Shown here: in pieces, positions 58,809-64,000 of the stretch
How the letters are laid out: every line of letters starts with the position of its first letter
Numbering within the stretch: position 1 is the stretch's first letter
Assembly: GCA_038231135.1 (NCBI GenBank)
Contig: JBBRLX010000010.1
Coordinates: forward strand, 32,001 to 96,000
Reading direction: 5' to 3'
DNA: 64,000 bases
Source: Candidatus Eiseniibacteriota bacterium
GTDB taxonomy: Bacteria; Eisenbacteria; RBG-16-71-46
Translations under genes and position numbers: made by a program
The notes under the pieces: generated by a model
Databases searched by the model: none
The model's input: the letters and a program-made list of their open reading frames with translations, nothing else
Told to the model about the DNA's origin: nothing

Positions 58809-60292
58809 TGCGCGCGGCGCGAGTTCTCGGGAGCACGCGGGCGGGCGGCCGGCTCCGGCGTGCGGTGATCGCATGTGAGCGGTCTGCCGTCGGGCGCGTC
58901 CACTCTGTCGATGCCGCGCGGGCGATCCTCGGCGCCGCGGCGATCCTCGCGCTGCTGGCGCTCGCGGGCTGCGCGATCGTCCCGGCGGAGCGTGCCCCCG
59001 TGCCGCCGCCACAGCCCCGGCCGGCCGGAACGCCGCGGAGTTCTCCCGCCACCCATCCCCCCGCGCCCTCCGGCTCCGGCGCCCAGCCCGTGAGCCTCGA
59101 CTTCGAGCCCCGCATCGACGTGGGCCTCGCCACCGACCTGGATTCGGTGGTCGTAATGCCCGTCACGCGGCTGGCGCTGCACCTTTCAGGCCCGGGCGGC
59201 GACCATTCGCTCGGCGAGACGGGGGCTGCGGTCACGGTTCACAACGCCGGCGGTCGATGGTCCATCAACTGGACCGACGTCGACGCGGCCGGCGCGGCGC
59301 CGCTGACCGCGGCCGACACGCTGTGGATCTCAGGCGTCGAGCCGGACCCCACGGCCCAGCGTCTGAGCTGGAATGGCAAGCGCTGGCGGGGCCTGGGCAA
59401 GCTGTTCCTCGGCCCGCGCGGGCGGCTCACGCTGGCGCTCAGGCTGCCGCTCGAAGCGTATCTGCTCGGTGTGGTGCCGGGGGAGATCGGCGGCCTGAGC
59501 CCCGCGCTGCTCGAGGCCGGGCGCGCCCAGGCGGTCGCGGCGCGCAGCTACACGCTGTTCTACCGCGGCCGGCGGGGCGCCGAGGGATTCGACGTCTACG
59601 GGTCGGTCGAGGACCAGGTTTACGGGTCGGTCGAGAGCGAACGCGAGCTGGCGACCCGCTGTGTGACCGGCACCCGCGGCGAGGTGGCGCTCAGCCAGGG
59701 CGCGCCGATCCGCGCGAACTACTACTCCACCTGCGGCGGCATCACGGCCGACGTGTGGGAGGCCTGGCCCAACGATCCGCTCGCCTACCTCGTGAGTCAT
59801 CGCGATCGCGACCGTGGCGAGGACTACTGCGCCACGTCGCCGCTCTATCGCTGGCGCGAGACCTGGGCCCCGGCCGAGCTGATCAGCAACGTCATGAAGT
59901 ACGCGCCCCAGCAGGGCATCGTGCTGCCGGCGGCGGGCCTGGGCGAGCTGACGGACGTCGTCGTGGAGAGCCGCTCGCGCTCGGGCCGCGCGTGGCAACT
60001 GCGGGTGCGCGGCACGCTCGGCGAGGTGCGGCTGCCGGCCTATTGCATCCGCCAGGTGTTGCGCCGGGGCGGCAATGCCATGGCGATCCTGCGTTCCAAC
60101 CTGTTCAAGATCGCCGTGCAGCGGAACCCTGCGACCGGCCGCGCCGTGGCGGTGCTGGCGTCGGGCGCGGGATCGGGCCACGGGGTCGGAATGTGCCAGA
60201 CCGGCGCTCTGGGGATGGCGCGCGCCGGCCGCGGCTCGGACGCGATCCTGCGCCACTATTACCCGGGAATCGATTTGAAGCGGCTTTATTGA
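58805..60292 (+). CDS. SpoIID/LytB-domain lytic transglycosylase-like lipoprotein
   Basis: LAGC lipobox, Pro-rich linker, EAYLLGVVPGE, AQAVAARSY, DQVY, STCGG, GHGVGMCQTGA, ILRHYYPG; start uncertain. Confidence 0.88.
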   Translation: MMRAARVLGSTRAGGRLRRAVIACERSAVGRVHSVDAARAILGAAAILALLALAGCAIVPAERAPVPPPQPRPAGTPRSSPATHPPAPSGSGAQPVSLDFEPRIDVGLATDLDSVVVMPVTRLALHLSGPGGDHSLGETGAAVTVHNAGGRWSINWTDVDAAGAAPLTAADTLWISGVEPDPTAQRLSWNGKRWRGLGKLFLGPRGRLTLALRLPLEAYLLGVVPGEIGGLSPALLEAGRAQAVAARSYTLFYRGRRGAEGFDVYGSVEDQVYGSVESERELATRCVTGTRGEVALSQGAPIRANYYSTCGGITADVWEAWPNDPLAYLVSHRDRDRGEDYCATSPLYRWRETWAPAELISNVMKYAPQQGIVLPAAGLGELTDVVVESRSRSGRAWQLRVRGTLGEVRLPAYCIRQVLRRGGNAMAILRSNLFKIAVQRNPATGRAVAVLASGAGSGHGVGMCQTGALGMARAGRGSDAILRHYYPGIDLKRLY

Positions 60293-60318
60293 CACCCTCG
60301 CTCGGCCGCGGCTATTCT
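60289..60318 (+). promoter_or_regulatory. Sigma70-like promoter of tRNA-Asp
   Basis: TTGACA-N18-TATTCT followed by a GC-rich discriminator. Confidence 0.6.
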
Positions 60319-60367
60319 GCGCGCCGCTTGTGCGCCATGGCGTTCGATCGCCACGGTCAAGGCTCGG

Positions 60368-60444
60368 GGGGTTGTAGTTCAGCTGGTTAGAACGCCTGCC
60401 TGTCACGCAGGAGGTCGCGGGTTCGAGTCCCGTCAACCCCGCCA
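60368..60444 (+). tRNA. tRNA-Asp (GUC)
   Basis: Acceptor stem GGGGTTG/CAACCCC, anticodon loop CTGTCAC, GGTTCGAGTCC T-arm, encoded CCA; 77 nt. Confidence 0.97.
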
Positions 60445-60659
60445 TGTTCCGCAGCGTTCCGCCCGCCGCCACGACCGGCCGGGCCTGGGGCCAGCGGGGC
60501 CCCGTTCCGACCCCGAAACCGTCCAGGCATTCGGTTGCGACCCTGAAATGGCTGACTTGCGGGCCGCTACGCCGGACTTCAAGGCTGCGCGCACCGGCCC
60601 CTGTTTTGACGCATCCCACGCTGTGAGATCCACAGGATTTCCCCCGCGGCCATTTCCAG

Positions 60660-60687
60660 TTGACGAGTGGAGGACGCTTCGTATACT
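60660..60687 (+). promoter_or_regulatory. Sigma70-like promoter upstream of the acidic small protein
   Basis: TTGACG-N16-TATACT. Confidence 0.55.
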
Positions 60688-60805
60688 GCCGAGGCTTTTT
60701 CGGAAAGGTGCGCATCGAGAGGTGTGCCCGAGCATCCAATCCGCGTTGCGGAACGGCGTTGAGCCCGTTCCGGATCACGACACACGACAAGTTTTCGAGG
60801 AAGCC

Positions 60806-61051
60806 ATGATGAAGAAGAAGGGATTGCCGGGCGACGACGAATTCAACGCTCTTCCCGACGCCGAGGCGGACGGCTACTCCGACGACGAGGACGACGACAA
60901 GGACGACGAAGCGTTCGGTGACGACGACCTCGACGAGGACGACGAGTTCGGCGACGACGACGAAGACGAGGAGTTCGAAGACGAGTTCGAGGGTGACGAG
61001 GCATTCGCCGAGGATGATCTCGTCGACGTGGACAAGGACGACGACGAATAA
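60806..61051 (+). CDS. Highly acidic 81-aa low-complexity protein
   Basis: GAGG RBS, ATG at 60806; 45 of 81 residues are Asp/Glu with host-like GAC/GAG codons; TAA stop. Confidence 0.7.
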   Translation: MMKKKGLPGDDEFNALPDAEADGYSDDEDDDKDDEAFGDDDLDEDDEFGDDDEDEEFEDEFEGDEAFAEDDLVDVDKDDDE

Positions 61052-61123
61052 CGGCAGGTCCGGCGCTTCGGGATCGAGGCTCACCGGAGGCGGTTGCCGA
61101 GCATTCCCGCGCTGTACGCGTAG

Positions 61124-61151
61124 CCCTGACCCGGAATCCGGTCAGGGTTTT
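61124..61151 (+). terminator. Intrinsic terminator-like hairpin between the acidic ORF and speB
   Basis: CCCTGACC-(CGGAATCC)-GGTCAGGG-TTTT. Confidence 0.6.
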
Positions 61152-61201
61152 ACGCTGTTTGAGCCCCGCACGCCGCGGGTCGCCTGCGAGGATCCGAGCG
61201 T

Positions 61202-62104
61202 ATGACCCAGCCTGACTGGCCCCAGGGCCTGCCGATCAACTTCGGCGGACTCGACGAAGCGTTCTCGGCGTTCGAGACCGCGCGCATCGCCGTGCTGCCG
61301 GTGCCGTATGACTTCTCGACGTCGTATCAGGGCGGCACCCGCGGCGGGCCGCGCGCGATGATCGAGGCGTCCCGCAACATGGAGGTATGGGACGACGAGC
61401 TGGGCGCCACGTACCGCGCCGGGATTCACACGCTGCCCGAGCTCGAGCCGACGGCGCTCGGACCCGAGGCGATGGTGGAGCGCGTGGAGCAGGCCGTGAC
61501 CTGGATCCTCGCCCACGGCAAGCTGCCCGCGGTGCTGGGAGGCGAACACAGCATCACCGCCGGCGTGGTGCGCGCGCTGCATCGCAAAGTGCCGAAGCTG
61601 TCGGTGCTCCAACTCGACGCGCACGCCGACATGCGCGACACCTACCTCGACTCGCCCTACAGCCACGCCTGCGTGATGCGGCGCATCCGCGAGCTCGTGC
61701 CCGCCGCGTCGGTGGGCATCCGCTCGTTGAGCGAGGAGGAGGCGTCGTACCTCGCCGCGCACCCCGCGCCGATGTGGAGCACGCGCGCGTTCCGCGCGCT
61801 CAACGGCAACTGGCAGCCGGTGCTCGACGCGCTGACGGACGACGTGTTCGTCACGTTCGACCTCGACGCGCTCGACCCGTCGCTGCTGCCGGGCACCGGC
61901 ACGCCCGAGCCCGGCGGCCTCGACTGGTACGAGGCCGTCGATCTGCTCGCGGCGGTGGCCGCGAAGAAGCGCATCGTCGGGTTCGACATCGTCGAGCTCG
62001 CGCCGACGCCCGGCCAGGTGGCGTCGGACTTCCTCGCCGCGCGGCTGGCCTATCGCATGATGGGGCTCGTGCTCTCGAGCGTCCGCGAGCCGGTGGCCCG
62101 ATGA
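61202..62104 (+). CDS. speB: Agmatinase (ureohydrolase family)
   Basis: GGEHSIT, DAHADMRD, SHACVM, TFDLDALDP, GTGTPEPGG, DIVEL. Confidence 0.9.
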   Translation: MTQPDWPQGLPINFGGLDEAFSAFETARIAVLPVPYDFSTSYQGGTRGGPRAMIEASRNMEVWDDELGATYRAGIHTLPELEPTALGPEAMVERVEQAVTWILAHGKLPAVLGGEHSITAGVVRALHRKVPKLSVLQLDAHADMRDTYLDSPYSHACVMRRIRELVPAASVGIRSLSEEEASYLAAHPAPMWSTRAFRALNGNWQPVLDALTDDVFVTFDLDALDPSLLPGTGTPEPGGLDWYEAVDLLAAVAAKKRIVGFDIVELAPTPGQVASDFLAARLAYRMMGLVLSSVREPVAR

Positions 62105-63843
62105 CGGGACAGGGCCGCAGGGCCGAGCAGCGCGAGGCCGAACGCGTGCGAGCGGCGCGCGAGGGGGCGCGGCCGGGACGCAAGGGTGCGGGCGCCGCAC
62201 GCGAGGGAGCACGGCCGGCACGGAAGGGCGCGGGCGCCGAGCGCCCGCCGGAACGTGGCGACGGAGCGGGTGCCGACCGGCGCGGGACGGGTGACGACCG
62301 CCGTGTCGCGCGGCCAATGCCGGGCGGCGGGCCGCGCGGATCCCAGGGCTCGACCAGTGCCTCGCGAGGGCTCGACGTGCCGCGAGAGCAGACGTCCGCC
62401 GCGCCGCGCAGGCGATCGCCCGCGGCGCCGCGCGGACGTTCCTCCGCGGGTCCGGGTGGGCGGTCCTCGACGGCGCCGCGGGATCGGTCCTCCGCCGAAC
62501 CGCGGAGTCGGTCCGCCGCCGCGCCGCGCTGGCGCGAATCCAACGAGCGCGATTCGGCGCCGCGCCGCGAGCGACCGCCGGTCGCGGGCCGTCCGCGTCC
62601 GGCGGCCGCGCCGCGAGCGGACCGGCCCGACGACGCGCCGCGCATCGCGCCGCCCGCCGACACCACGGGCAAGCCGCGCATCATGCTGAGCAAGAACCAG
62701 GACCGCCGCGTGCGCGCCGGTCACCCGTGGGTGTTCAGCAACGAGATCACCCAGGTGCTCGGCGCGCCCGCCAACGGCGACATGGTCGAGGTGCTGGATT
62801 TCCGCGGCGCCTATCTGGGCAGCGCCTACTACAATCATCACAGCCTGATCGCCGCGCGGCTGCTGACGCGCGGCCGCGATCCCATCGACACCGAGTTCTT
62901 CGTCAAGCGCTTCGAGCGCGCGCTGCGCCTGCGCGAGCAGACGCTGCCCGGTGCGACCGCGCTGCGTGTGGTCTATGGCGAGGCCGACCAGGTGCCCGGA
63001 CTGATCGTCGACAAGTATGGCGACTACCTCGCGGTGCAGATCCTGACCCTCGGCATCGAGGCTCGCGCCGACGAAGTGAAGGCCGCGCTCGAGCGCACGC
63101 TCGCGCCGCGCGGCGTCGTGCGCGTGTGCGACACGCCGTTGCGCGAGCTGGAAGGGCTGCCGCTCGAGCGCGGCCTGTGGTGGGGCGAGGTCCCCGAGCG
63201 CGTCGATCTCACCATGGATGGATTCCAGATCGAGGCCGACCTGTTCCACGGGCAGAAGACCGGGTTGTTCCTGGACCAGCGCATGAACCGCCGGCGCGCC
63301 GAGGCGCATGCGTCGGGCAGGCGGACGCTGGATCTGTTCTGTTACCAGGGCGAGTGGTCGCTGCACGCGGCCCGCGGCGGCGCCACGGAAGTGATCGCGG
63401 TCGACTCGTCGGAGCCGGCGCTCGCGGCCGCGGCGCGCAATGCCGAGCGCAACGGCCTGTCGGAACGCATCCGGTTCGTGCGCGGCGACGTGTTCGACAT
63501 GCTGCGCCGGATGGAGCTCGAGAAGCAGCGGTTCGGCCTCGTGGTGCTCGACCCGCCGGCGCTGATCAAGTCGCGCCGCCATCTGGACGCCGGCGTCCGC
63601 GCCTATCGCGAGCTGAATCGCGCCGCGATGTCGCTGCTCGACGCCGAGGGCGTGCTCGTCACCAGCTCCTGCAGCCACCACCTGGACGACGAGCTGTTCC
63701 GCCAGGTGCTGATGGAGGCCGCGCGCGCCGCGAAGCGGCCGTTCCGCGTGCTCGAATGGACCGGGGAATCGCCCGATCATCCGCAGCTGCTCGCGGTGCC
63801 GGAGACGCACTATCTCAAGTGTGCGGTGCTGCAGGCGATCTGA
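62101..63843 (+). CDS. RlmI-like class I SAM-dependent rRNA methyltransferase with long basic N-terminal extension
   Basis: GHPWVF PUA-like start, EADQVPGLIVD, GQKTGLFLDQR, LDLFCY, VLDPPA, TSSCS, PETHYLK; ATGA overlap with speB; conserved core starts near 62683. Confidence 0.85.
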   Translation: MTGQGRRAEQREAERVRAAREGARPGRKGAGAAREGARPARKGAGAERPPERGDGAGADRRGTGDDRRVARPMPGGGPRGSQGSTSASRGLDVPREQTSAAPRRRSPAAPRGRSSAGPGGRSSTAPRDRSSAEPRSRSAAAPRWRESNERDSAPRRERPPVAGRPRPAAAPRADRPDDAPRIAPPADTTGKPRIMLSKNQDRRVRAGHPWVFSNEITQVLGAPANGDMVEVLDFRGAYLGSAYYNHHSLIAARLLTRGRDPIDTEFFVKRFERALRLREQTLPGATALRVVYGEADQVPGLIVDKYGDYLAVQILTLGIEARADEVKAALERTLAPRGVVRVCDTPLRELEGLPLERGLWWGEVPERVDLTMDGFQIEADLFHGQKTGLFLDQRMNRRRAEAHASGRRTLDLFCYQGEWSLHAARGGATEVIAVDSSEPALAAAARNAERNGLSERIRFVRGDVFDMLRRMELEKQRFGLVVLDPPALIKSRRHLDAGVRAYRELNRAAMSLLDAEGVLVTSSCSHHLDDELFRQVLMEAARAAKRPFRVLEWTGESPDHPQLLAVPETHYLKCAVLQAI

Positions 63844-64000
63844 GGGGCTGGGCCTTTGTCACGAGCCGCTGGATCTTCGATGCGTACCTACGGGATCGGT
63901 ATCCACAGCTTTATAAGGAATTGACGAAAGACTCCGGTCTTGTCGTGGCGACTCTGTTTACGTCTGATCGCTCTCGAGAAATGCAAGATTTCCGCGAGAG

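Noticed and set aside
60368..60660. tRNA-Asp as an island integration site
   Set aside because: No integrase and no duplicated tRNA 3' end seen in the window; downstream genes are housekeeping-like.
60690..61201. Guanidine riboswitch upstream of the ureohydrolase
   Set aside because: I do not see the ykkC-type conserved 3' motif or paired ACGR-loop hairpins; the enzyme has canonical agmatinase motifs.
63899..63907. GTATCCACA DnaA-box-like sequence in the AT-richer right end
   Set aside because: A single one-mismatch box at the window edge is not enough to call an origin; the region is more simply a promoter (TTGACG at 63921).

Overview
A 64 kb, very GC-rich (roughly 70% by eye, not computed), gene-dense bacterial chromosomal segment of mostly housekeeping and envelope genes. 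I cannot assign the lineage from sequence alone. In order it carries: a 2-oxoacid dehydrogenase operon in the unusual order E1beta-E2-E1alpha; an MntR/DtxR regulator with tandem operator boxes and an Nramp-USP fusion; a CDF exporter; a block of four GT-C-like polytopic glycosyltransferases with a deacetylase-like protein and a methyltransferase; a heterodimeric ABC exporter; mobA/lysA; etfBA; and a complex I cluster with only the membrane-arm genes (nuoAHJKLMN). These are followed by a small decayed accessory patch (S41 peptidase-like, beta-propeller, His-tailed DMT transporter, frameshifted SRPBCC remnant), a membrane protein plus Xis/BldC-like HTH pair, a fifth GT-C-like gene, moeA/moaC, a sensor-less sigma54 activator, AlaX, a degenerate 'EEAD'-box helicase, mutM, a murQ-sugar ABC-anmK-SpoIID peptidoglycan recycling operon, tRNA-Asp, an extremely acidic 81-aa protein, agmatinase and an RlmI-like methyltransferase with a long basic repeat tail. 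The strongest leads are the EEAD pseudo-helicase, the membrane-arm-only nuo cluster beside etfBA, a relay of two 8-codon mini-ORFs between etfB and etfA, the ABC-based peptidoglycan recycling operon, the acidic microprotein locus, and phased 10-bp repeats upstream of the membrane protein-HTH pair. No CRISPR array, integrase or transposase was seen. All calls come from motif recognition; no database search was run.
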